A DNA stretch of 25,350 nucleotides. Source: Chlamydiota bacterium (GTDB lineage Bacteria; Chlamydiota; Chlamydiia; Chlamydiales; SM23-39). Shown here piece after piece: positions 17,419 through 25,350 of the stretch. Within the stretch, counting starts at the first letter, position 1. Every line of letters begins with the position of its first letter. The stretch is taken from contig JBCDEZ010000019.1 of assembly GCA_039179045.1 (NCBI GenBank), forward strand, positions 1 to 25,350, written 5' to 3'. The notes under the pieces were generated by a model. It had not been told where the DNA came from. It saw only the letters and a program-made list of their open reading frames with translations, and searched no databases. The translations under genes were made by a program, and so were the position numbers.

Positions 17419-17763
17419 TCACACTTGTTTCAAGGGTTTGAATTCTAGTGGTTTTTCGGGTACCTGTTCGATTTGCAAGGTCATGAATCGAATCAAGTCC
17501 TCGTGCAGATGGTACTCTTTCCAAAGATCGGAAATGACAGCACAAGGGGCCTCGAAATAGACAAGATAATAGTACCCCTCTTTTTTTCCTTTGATTGTGT
17601 AGGCGAGTCTTTTTCTGCCCATCTCATGAACTTTTCGGATTTCTCCCGACTTCTCTGTGATCCCATCGAGAATTTTCTCTAGGGCCTTTTTCCGAGACTC
17701 CTCAGAGAGAGTTGTACTGATGACGTACATTCCCTCATAGAGGTTTTTCTTCATTTTTTTCAT
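17419..17763 (-). CDS. rpsF: 30S ribosomal protein S6
   Basis: [20 protein letters not shown] and LIRFM motifs, upstream of rpsR. Confidence 0.96.
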   Translation of the reverse strand: MKKMKKNLYEGMYVISTTLSEESRKKALEKILDGITEKSGEIRKVHEMGRKRLAYTIKGKKEGYYYLVYFEAPCAVISDLWKEYHLHEDLIRFMTLQIEQVPEKPLEFKPLKQV

Positions 17764-18352
17764 CCATGTTCTCCTTCTGTTTTGGATGAACGTTGACTAC
17801 ATTCATGGCATTTGCGCCCTCTTGAAGCCAAAGTTCTATGGCTTGAGAAGCCTCGGAAGCAATCTGAGGAAGCATTTCTGCCTCTTTTTGGGTAAATCTT
17901 CCAAGGACATGCTCTACCATATCGGAATCCTCTTGGGGAGTTCCCACACCCACTCGCAAACGAGCGTAGTGCCTCGTGCCTAGCACCTTTTCGATGTTTC
18001 CTAGACCATTGTGCCCCCCTGAAGAGCCGCTTTCGCGAAGGCGAAGGCGACCAAAGGGAAGAGCTGTGTCGTCAGCAACGACTAAAAAATGCGCAAGAGC
18101 AATTTTGTAGAAACGCAAAAACTGGTAGACAACCCCACCTGAGAGATTCATGTAGGATTGCGGTTTTACAAAAAAGACTCCGCTAAACTGCGTCCAAAAT
18201 GCCCCTCTACCCTTCTTCCAAGCAAGACCTTGCTGGGCTAGGTAGTGATCCAGAACATAAAATCCGAGATTGTGGCGCGTTTTGGCATATCGCTTGCCTG
18301 GGTTGCCCAATCCAGCAACAAGATAACGACTTTTAGGATCGCTGCTTGGCAA
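17735..18352 (-). CDS. pth: Peptidyl-tRNA hydrolase
   Basis: GLGNPG, TRHNLGF, KPQSYMNLSG, GSSGGHNG and RLRVGVG motifs. Confidence 0.97.
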   Translation of the reverse strand: MPSSDPKSRYLVAGLGNPGKRYAKTRHNLGFYVLDHYLAQQGLAWKKGRGAFWTQFSGVFFVKPQSYMNLSGGVVYQFLRFYKIALAHFLVVADDTALPFGRLRLRESGSSGGHNGLGNIEKVLGTRHYARLRVGVGTPQEDSDMVEHVLGRFTQKEAEMLPQIASEASQAIELWLQEGANAMNVVNVHPKQKENMDEKNEEKPL

Positions 18353-18905
18353 TGGTCACAGCCACTTCATTCAGATTCAGTAAGGGACGCACCTCAGGAG
18401 GAAGTGCGATATCACGCAGTCTTTTTGCATCTCCTACTTGCATCTCACGTACATCAACCTCTAAAAACGAGGGAATGTTTTCCATAGTACACTGAACGGG
18501 AAAAGAGCGGATCAAACGTCGTAAACTCCCCCCTAGCTTGATCCCCACGCAATCGATTACCCCGTTACAGACGATAGGTATCTTCACGTTTACAGGCTTA
18601 TCTTTGGGAATCATAAAATCGAGGTGCAAGACTTCATAAGTGGTTTTGTTGTACTCAATTCCCTTTACCAAGGCTTTGTATTCAGAACCGTCGTACTCGA
18701 TAGTAAAAATTGTATTCGAGAGGTGGTTTTCAGGAATCTGGCGCAAAAGAGCGGAAAACGCAGCTCCCTGCACGAATACCGGCTGATTCTTGATGGCTCC
18801 ATAGATTACCGCCGGAATATTCTTTTCAGCACGAATTTTCGTCAGTGCGCTCTTCTTGCGATCCAAACGGGGAAATAGGGATAGTTTCATTTCTGGTTGT
18901 TGCAT
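18333..18905 (-). CDS. rplY: 50S ribosomal protein L25 / general stress protein Ctc
   Basis: IPAVIYG, VLHLDF and GIKLGG motifs, with a GAGG RBS. It lies upstream of pth. Confidence 0.95.
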   Translation of the reverse strand: MQQPEMKLSLFPRLDRKKSALTKIRAEKNIPAVIYGAIKNQPVFVQGAAFSALLRQIPENHLSNTIFTIEYDGSEYKALVKGIEYNKTTYEVLHLDFMIPKDKPVNVKIPIVCNGVIDCVGIKLGGSLRRLIRSFPVQCTMENIPSFLEVDVREMQVGDAKRLRDIALPPEVRPLLNLNEVAVTIAKQRS

Positions 18906-19243
18906 ATGTCCTCTACATTCTACTCAAAATACGGTACAAAAACACCGATCGCTTTCCCGTTCCAAGCGAAGAATTCCGGGCAATTGCTGGGAAAGCTTTT
19001 TTACAATGCTTTTCGGTGACGTATCTTCTTTCTCTACCTATCAGCTCTCAAAGACCCTGCCAAAAAAAAGCATTCTCTAAAAATATACCTTTTTAACATT
19101 CTTCTCAAACTAGCCGAAAGAACTCATCTAATATAAGGCATGCGGAGGAAAGTGACCAGCCTTTTTCGAAAGTTATTGAAGCAGCGCATCTCAGAATCGC
19201 AAAGAGCAAAAGAGGCTGCTATCTAAATCTTATCGGCGAAAAA

Positions 19244-19315
<72 letters not shown>

Positions 19316-19367
19316 GTAAACCTTTTTTCAAAAGAGGAGTTAAGGAAATTCCCCAATTGAAATACAC

Positions 19368-19397
19368 ATCATACGCCGCACAACGAATTAATTGCAA
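19368..19397 (-). promoter_or_regulatory. Promoter of tRNA-Gln (possibly of the rplY operon too)
   Basis: On the minus strand, TTGCAA-N18-TATGAT lies about 50 bp upstream of the tRNA. Confidence 0.55.
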
Positions 19398-19557
19398 TCT
19401 CTCCTAGATGGGAAAATAGGAGGGAAAAAGAGCTTTTTTACCTTGCATCTGCGATTTAGGCAGCTCTTGATAAAGGGCAAATAAACACCTCTTTTTTATC
19501 CAAAAATTTTCTTGACTTCTAGAGGAATTTGTAAGAAACGGTAGAGATAAGGTAGTT

Positions 19558-21024
19558 ATGCATATAGTACACGTTGCCGCAGAGATGGCCCCAATCGCAA
19601 AGGCAGGGGGTCTCGGAGATGCCGTAACAGGTCTCACAAAAGAGCTGCAAAAGCATCACCAAGTCTCTGTAATTCTCCCCAAATATTCCCTAATCTCCTT
19701 GAGCCCCACTCAGCTGACTTTGGATATGGAATTTTCCTGCGAAAAGAAGCGCCTCTCCTACAATGTGCGCGTTTTTCGTGCTGAGGTAGAAGGAGTCTTT
19801 GTTTATCTCGTTGAGACAAGCCCTTTGATTGACCACTTTTACGAAAAGAAAATTTATCTAGGCACACAAAGAGATAGTGAACGGTTCATCTACTTTTGCA
19901 AAACTGTTGCGGAATATTTGATCCGAAAAAACCAAGTGATCGATGTCTTGCACCTACACGACTGGCACACATCGCTCTTGGTTCCCCTCGTAAAAGAGGT
20001 CTACCTCTCTTTGAAGGTACTCGTGCGCTCTGTTGTACTTACTGTACACAACCTCGCTTACATCGGGAGATGCTTTTTGCGGGAACTCGAAGAGATCCAC
20101 TACCCGCTCAACCATATCGAATCGTTCGCCTGCCGGGGAATATTTTTCAAAAAATATTCCTTGCTGCGGGCAGGACTCTTTGCAGACGCGATTGTTGCTG
20201 TCTCTCCCGGCTATCGAGAGGAAATGCTCACCAAACGGTACGCTTGCGGTTTTTTGCGGCTTTTGGAAAAAAGACGCGACAAGGTGCATGGGATTTTGAA
20301 CGGGATCGATAAGGATCTGTGGGATCCACAAAAAGACCCACATGTCCCCTTCCCTTTTTCTCCAAAGCAATCTTTAGCAGAAGTGTTTCGAGCCAAAAAC
20401 AAGGACAAAGAAGCTCTACAAAAAAAACTCGGCCTACCACTCAGCCATGAACCTCTTGTAATCTGTGTTGCAAGACTCGTCCCACAAAAAAGCCCCAAAC
20501 TGATGAAAGAGGGTCTTTTGCTTGCAAAAGAAGCCTCTTGCCAGGGAATCTTGCTCGGGACATCTCCTCTCAAAAAAGAGCAGGCCGTATTCGAAAAATT
20601 GGCAGATACCTACAAAGGCGACTCCCATCTGCGCTTTCTTCCCACATTCGATGAGCCGTTGAGTCGTTTACTCTATGCAGCAGCCGATTTTTTCTTGATG
20701 CCCTCTTCTTTTGAACCCTGTGGACTCTCTCAGATGATCGCGATGCGGTATGGCACCGTTCCCATTGTCCATCATGTAGGAGGGTTGAAAGATACCGTAT
20801 TCGATCCAAGGTATGAGAACGCTTCTCATAAAGTGAATGGATTTTCCCTACATAAGCTCTCCACTACAGAACTCAAAAAGACTCTTTCTTTTGCGATTGC
20901 CTCGTGGAGAAAAGATCGCTGCGCTCTTCTTGTCAGCAACGGCATTCAACACGACTATAGCTGGAAGGTGCCTGCCGAAAAGTACGTGCAGATCTATCAA
21001 AAGGTGCTCTCCTCAAAAAAGTAG
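19558..21024 (+). CDS. glgA: Glycogen synthase (GT5)
   Basis: EMAPIAKAGGLGD, HLHDWHT, TVHNL, GILNGID, PSSFEPCGLSQMIAMRYG and GGLKDTV motifs. Confidence 0.97.
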   Translation: MHIVHVAAEMAPIAKAGGLGDAVTGLTKELQKHHQVSVILPKYSLISLSPTQLTLDMEFSCEKKRLSYNVRVFRAEVEGVFVYLVETSPLIDHFYEKKIYLGTQRDSERFIYFCKTVAEYLIRKNQVIDVLHLHDWHTSLLVPLVKEVYLSLKVLVRSVVLTVHNLAYIGRCFLRELEEIHYPLNHIESFACRGIFFKKYSLLRAGLFADAIVAVSPGYREEMLTKRYACGFLRLLEKRRDKVHGILNGIDKDLWDPQKDPHVPFPFSPKQSLAEVFRAKNKDKEALQKKLGLPLSHEPLVICVARLVPQKSPKLMKEGLLLAKEASCQGILLGTSPLKKEQAVFEKLADTYKGDSHLRFLPTFDEPLSRLLYAAADFFLMPSSFEPCGLSQMIAMRYGTVPIVHHVGGLKDTVFDPRYENASHKVNGFSLHKLSTTELKKTLSFAIASWRKDRCALLVSNGIQHDYSWKVPAEKYVQIYQKVLSSKK

Positions 21025-21036
21025 TTCGGAAAAAGA

Positions 21037-21630
21037 TCAGTTTCCTGCGACAACTGCCTGACGGATCAAGGCGCGGTTGATATAAAGGTACTCAAAAGCT
21101 GAGAAAACAGAGCAAAAAGCGGTAGCCAGCATAGCGTAAAAACTACCCGACTGCAGATGGATCAAACTCACCCAGTCAGCTTGATAGAGAATCATCAAGG
21201 TGAGAATGAAAAAAGAGGAGACGCTTTGGAAAAACGTTTTGATCTTGCCTGAATTTCTCGCAGCCAAAACCAATCCTTTGATCGCGCATACGGTACGCAA
21301 AGCGCTCATCAAAAACTCCCGATAGAGGAAAACCAATACGAGGAGAAGGGGAATCTGGACGATGCCTTGCGTGAATGTGAAAAAAATTGTCATCGACATG
21401 ATGCTATCGGCCATCGGATCGAAAATCTTTCCAAAGCTCGTTACCTGGTTTTTCCGGCGTGCGATGAATCCGTCAAATAGGTCGGTAAAAGCACAGACCG
21501 CAAGCATGGTAATGAGGATGTAGGGAACGAGTATACCCGGAATACCCCAAGAGGTGTGGTAGAGGTAAACACAGGGGAAAAGAGGCGTGAGAAGCACACG
21601 CAAAAAGGTGAAGTAGTGTGCTACGCTCAT
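21037..21630 (-). CDS. pgsA: CDP-diacylglycerol--glycerol-3-phosphate 3-phosphatidyltransferase
   Basis: DLFDGFIARRKNQVTSFGKIFDPMAD motif. The ATG overlaps the rlmN stop (ATGA). Confidence 0.92.
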   Translation of the reverse strand: MSVAHYFTFLRVLLTPLFPCVYLYHTSWGIPGILVPYILITMLAVCAFTDLFDGFIARRKNQVTSFGKIFDPMADSIMSMTIFFTFTQGIVQIPLLLVLVFLYREFLMSALRTVCAIKGLVLAARNSGKIKTFFQSVSSFFILTLMILYQADWVSLIHLQSGSFYAMLATAFCSVFSAFEYLYINRALIRQAVVAGN

Positions 21631-22718
21631 GCGCACCCCGCGGCAGATACTTTGAGAGGAGTAACGGAAGATTTTTCAGAGGCGCCGGAGGCTGGGTGCA
21701 AGGCAAGCTGACCACAGGCAGCGGCAATTTCTGTTCCCTTCGTATACCTTCTCGTAAAGCGAATCCCCAGTTTTTGCAAAGTCCTTTCAAAAGCGAGTAT
21801 CGCTTTTTGCGAGGGACGCTTCAAACGGAGGCCGGGGACAGGGTTGTAGGGGATGAGATTGACAGTAGACTGGGTCAGTCTCTTTTCCTGAAGAAGCTTC
21901 GCTAGCATCGCAGCATGTTCAGGGGCTGCATTCAATCCCTCGATCAAGATGTACTCATATGTGATATCCCGTTTGGTTGTCTTCGCATAGTAGTCCATGG
22001 CGGCCAGGATCTCATCTAAATCGTACTTACGAGCATAGGGGATGATTTTTTTACGAATCTCTTGACTCGGAGCATGCAAAGACAAAACGAGAGGCACGCG
22101 AGATCCCGAATCAGCCAGCGCATAGATCTGGTCGACGATGCCCACGGTGGACACTGTGATCTTTCGTTGGGAAATCCCAAAAACTTTCGGGGATTGCAGC
22201 TGTTTTAGAGCGAATTGCAAAGCGGAAAAATTTTCCAAAGGCTCTCCCATACCCATGAAGACGATATGGCTGAGACGCTCCCCTTTTTGATGCAAGAGCT
22301 CTTCAGTCAAGAGAACCTGCTCCAGAATTTCTCCTCGGCTTAAGTTGCGCACCCCACCCTGCTTACCAGAAGCGCAAAAAGCGCAGCGAGCGGGACAACC
22401 TACTTGGGAGGAGACGCAAAGAGTCTTTCTTCCAGGTGAGAAAAGGAGCACTGACTCGACAAAATACCCATCCGGCAGGCGCCACAAACATTTGGTCGCC
22501 TCCTCGGTAGTCAAAGAACGCTCCAGCGAGATCCTAGGCAGGGAAAATGTAGCAGCTAAGGCAGTTCTATACTCTTTTTTTACATTGCTCATCAAAGCAA
22601 AGTCGAAAACTTTTTTCTGATAGACCCAATCGAAGAGTTGATCTGCTACGTAAGACCCCCATCCCTGCTCTTGGCACCAACGAGAAAGCACCTCATGATC
22701 TAGTCCGCAAAATTCCAT
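21627..22718 (-). CDS. rlmN: 23S rRNA A2503 / tRNA A37 C2-methyltransferase (radical SAM)
   Basis: CVSSQVGCPARCAFCASG, MGMGEP, SLHA, NLIPYNP and AACGQL motifs. Confidence 0.97.
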   Translation of the reverse strand: MEFCGLDHEVLSRWCQEQGWGSYVADQLFDWVYQKKVFDFALMSNVKKEYRTALAATFSLPRISLERSLTTEEATKCLWRLPDGYFVESVLLFSPGRKTLCVSSQVGCPARCAFCASGKQGGVRNLSRGEILEQVLLTEELLHQKGERLSHIVFMGMGEPLENFSALQFALKQLQSPKVFGISQRKITVSTVGIVDQIYALADSGSRVPLVLSLHAPSQEIRKKIIPYARKYDLDEILAAMDYYAKTTKRDITYEYILIEGLNAAPEHAAMLAKLLQEKRLTQSTVNLIPYNPVPGLRLKRPSQKAILAFERTLQKLGIRFTRRYTKGTEIAAACGQLALHPASGASEKSSVTPLKVSAAGCA

Positions 22719-22822
22719 ACAATCCCGTGTCTCTGCAATAGATTACCATCTTTACGATTCTTTTTGTCAAAAAAAACCCCAGGATGCTACACAAAGAAAA
22801 AGTATCATCTAGTAGGTCATCT

Positions 22823-23314
22823 ATGCTTGAAAAGTCTTCTTTCCTTATTCAGATCTATCAAAAGTTTGTGCGCTTGCTCTCCTCGTTTCAAAGTATATTT
22901 TTACTCATCATCCGAATCATATGGGGATACCAATTTTTTCTCAGCGGATGGAACAAAGTGGGAGACATACCAGGTTTTGCCCGCTTTTTGGAGAGCCTTG
23001 ACATTTGGGCACCGGTTTTCCATGCCTACTTTGTGAGCTACGCGGAGATGATCCTTGGCCTTTTCTTGCTCTTTGGACTCTTCAGCAGGCCGTCTGCTTT
23101 AGTTCTTACCATCATCATGTTCACCGCTTATTCAACCGCACATACTGACTCTTTCACCCTCTCCCTTTTTAAAGACCCTTCAATTTTTGCCAAAGAGACC
23201 CCTTTTGCCTATCTTTTTACCTCTTTGATCGTTCTTCTGTTTGGTCCAGGGCTTTTCTCTATTGATGGCTGGGCACGCCGACTCATACACTACAAAGAGA
23301 AATACCCTTACTAA
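22823..23314 (+). CDS. DoxX family membrane protein
   Basis: LLIIRIIWG..FFLSGWNK, E...GLFLLFGLFSR and GPGLFSID motifs. An alternative ATG lies at 22784. Confidence 0.9.
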   Translation: MLEKSSFLIQIYQKFVRLLSSFQSIFLLIIRIIWGYQFFLSGWNKVGDIPGFARFLESLDIWAPVFHAYFVSYAEMILGLFLLFGLFSRPSALVLTIIMFTAYSTAHTDSFTLSLFKDPSIFAKETPFAYLFTSLIVLLFGPGLFSIDGWARRLIHYKEKYPY

Positions 23315-23572
23315 CCTGAGTTTCGGATTTTCAATCCTCAAGAATTGGCTGCCTTCGGGCAAGAAGAGATTGCGTGATGGTTTTTTGTGGATGCATGTGG
23401 CGTATCTGTTTTCGGCACCTCTACACAAAGATAAGTTGCATCTACCATTTTTTGACTTCTTCTGGTTTGACCCTGTATTTGTGAAAGGACCGTTTTACCT
23501 CAGACAGAGGTCTTTTGAGGGGGAATTTTTCCTATCCCATTCTTTTTAATTCATCAAACCCTTAACTCAGGT
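23314..23572. mobile_element. 259-bp MITE (repeat family B) with IS982-like ends and a 5-bp target duplication
   Basis: The left end ACCTGAGTTTCGGATTT and the right-end reverse complement ACCTGAGTTAAGGGTTT match in 14 of 17 nt. TACTA is directly repeated at 23309-23313 and 23573-23577. Confidence 0.8.
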
Positions 23573-23632
23573 TACTAGGCAGTCAGGTCGGTAGACAATT
23601 GGTGATGGAGGCTCTTGCACGATCCCATTCTT

Positions 23633-24451
23633 TCAATAAAGGGAGAACACCTTCCTAAGTTTTCTGCAAAAGGCACTCCACCCGAAGCGCGCAAGATGCA
23701 AACAGTGAGAAAAAGCGCGCTGCGCTCCCAATCTCTCTTTGATGATGGCGATCTTTTCTATCGTCTTTTCCAAGGCCTGGTCACTCAAAAAGAGTTCTTC
23801 ATCCCAATCGATGTACACTCTCCTGGAGAGGTACATCTTGAGGTCGGCTCTTCCAAGTAGCTCTACTAAACAAGCAAGAGCAAGATGGTGTCGTACATCC
23901 CGGAAAAATGTTGTATCGGGAAACAAACTACCTCTCGCAAAAATTACTCCATGTAAAGGGGGATCAATGATCCCTTTTTTCCAAGAGGCGAGCAACGACT
24001 CGCCAGAAACCACCTCAGGAAGCCCCTGATCTCTTACGAATGCTGCAGAGATGAAAAGATCGAAAGAGCCCTTTTGCAAAATATATAGGATCTCTTCCAT
24101 GGCACCAGGCCACAGGTAACGATTGCCCAGAGAAAAAATTTGCATATACTCCCCTTTTGCCCGTGCAAAAGCATCTCGCATCATGGCCGCTACAGATTCC
24201 CCTTGCCCATAACATTGCGTTACGAAAAGATCGGGTCGCTCTGCAAACAGGGAACGCTCTTGCTGCGAGAGCTTCGCGCCAACAAAGATGATCTCAAAGC
24301 TTTGACAGCTCTGCTCCAAAAGGCTTTTGCATGTGGGAACAAAAAGTCTCCGGGATTCATGGAGAAAAACGATACAGGAGAGTCGGATGATTTGATCTTC
24401 CATATCCTCATCGTAGGACAGCTCTCTTTTTTCCGCGCCTTTTTTCAACAA
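23633..24451 (-). CDS. Glycosyltransferase family 2-like protein with degenerate catalytic motifs
   Basis: LSCIV...TCKSLLEQSCQSFEIIFV...MMRDAFARAKGEYMQI follows the GT-A N-terminal pattern, but the DDGS and DxD motifs are missing. The start may be the ATG at 24403. Confidence 0.7.
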   Translation of the reverse strand: MLKKGAEKRELSYDEDMEDQIIRLSCIVFLHESRRLFVPTCKSLLEQSCQSFEIIFVGAKLSQQERSLFAERPDLFVTQCYGQGESVAAMMRDAFARAKGEYMQIFSLGNRYLWPGAMEEILYILQKGSFDLFISAAFVRDQGLPEVVSGESLLASWKKGIIDPPLHGVIFARGSLFPDTTFFRDVRHHLALACLVELLGRADLKMYLSRRVYIDWDEELFLSDQALEKTIEKIAIIKERLGAQRAFSHCLHLARFGWSAFCRKLRKVFSLY

Positions 24452-24743
24452 TTTCTAACAATGTGATCCCTGGCAAAGTATCTGGAGAAGACGGAGTAGG
24501 CGTTCCTGGTTTCGACAAAACTGAGTTAGGGGAGTAGAGCCAAATGGATCAGAAAAGTAGGATCGCCGATTAAAGAAGCTGATTCCTTAAGACAGATACG
24601 AGCGCAAGGAATTTCCTAACTCTATGAATCTCAGACAGAACCACAGGCTATCTCCCGCAAAAAATCCTAAAAATTGCCCGCTACCATCCCTAGAGCAGGC
24701 ACGTGCAAAGCACCAAAAGTATGCTTAGCAAATGCCCACCATT

Positions 24744-25289
24744 TTATGCACTTCTTCCTAAGTATTTTTGTTGAATTGCCAAAAACGCTCGCTTATGACC
24801 TGTATATTCTGCGGTCTCTTTGTATTCTGAAATCGCAACGGACAAATCCGAGTTGGGATCGTTATTCAAAGCTTCCCCCGCCTTCCGTAGAAAAAGAATA
24901 GCCCTCCCCAAGTTGGGATGTGCTGCAATTAGAGTATCCGCTTCACTCTTGGATTGCACCGGGTGTAGAATAGAAAATGCATAGGCAGTGAAAATCTTTT
25001 GCATTAATGGAGGTCTTTTACCATATTCGGTATGCTCGATACAATCCCATAACGGAAGGAAAAGCCAGACTTGATTTTGTCGTAAGACATTCTGTACTTT
25101 ATCCTTTTCATTCTGTGAAGGCCTTAAACTCAAAAAATAACTGCAAAAGTAACTATTATAAATAATAGAATTAAACAATAAAATATTTCCAAAAATAGTA
25201 TTTGTATAAAGTGCCTTATTTGTTCTTTCAAAAAATTTAGGGGACCAGTTTTTTGCACCACAATATATGCAGAGAAAAATAATGGACAC
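24744..25289 (-). CDS. Hypothetical protein, probably 5'-truncated or interrupted by repeat A
   Basis: 181-codon AT-rich ORF. Its GTG abuts the repeat, and the frame stays open through the repeat to the window end. Confidence 0.5.
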   Translation of the reverse strand: MSIIFLCIYCGAKNWSPKFFERTNKALYTNTIFGNILLFNSIIYNSYFCSYFLSLRPSQNEKDKVQNVLRQNQVWLFLPLWDCIEHTEYGKRPPLMQKIFTAYAFSILHPVQSKSEADTLIAAHPNLGRAILFLRKAGEALNNDPNSDLSVAISEYKETAEYTGHKRAFLAIQQKYLGRSA

Positions 25290-25350
25290 TTCGGGGTTGT
25301 TGAAAAAATCTCTAGGAAAACCTTGATAAAAAGCCCATAAACAAGCGAGG
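25289..25350 (+). mobile_element. Copy of repeat family A, cut by the window edge
   Basis: 61 of 62 nt are identical to 2374-2435. Confidence 0.88.

Noticed and set aside
23241..23549. 102-aa and 82-aa ORFs across the MITE as a transposase
   Set aside because: They show no DDE-like motifs and overlap DoxX. The element appears non-autonomous.
24440..24451. TTTTTTCAACAA, a 12-bp match to the repeat A end (similarly TTGAAAAAATC at 2275-2285)
   Set aside because: These are short, low-complexity matches with no adjacent core similarity, so chance cannot be excluded.

Overview
This is a 25-kb window from a member of the Chlamydiae, probably an environmental lineage. The assignment rests on gene order matching Chlamydia (glgA/pgsA next to tRNA-Gln-rplY-pth-rpsF-rpsR-rplI-ispE; rpmB-PLD; SEC-C-fused map with MarC and CT850/CT849.1-like neighbours). 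Most of the window is core housekeeping: SDR, rpmB, PLD, marC, truA, map, htpX, mnmA, hldD, hldE-like, ispE, ribosomal proteins, pth, glgA, pgsA, rlmN, DoxX and a GT2-like gene. The most interesting part is the first 2.5 kb, a translationally coupled three-gene cassette that looks like a polymorphic toxin, its immunity protein and a second small protein. The 523-aa toxin has no Rhs/FHA repeats, but has a Lys-rich plus poly-Val membrane segment and a toxin-like C-terminal tip. The cassette is bracketed by copies of a short repeat with 15-bp terminal inverted repeats, which also forms both ends of the window. A second, IS982-like 259-bp MITE with a 5-bp target duplication sits in the DoxX stop codon, and an IS5 transposase remnant follows hldE. 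HldE and the GT2-like protein each carry a domain that appears catalytically degenerate. All family assignments come from motif recognition by eye; no searches were run.
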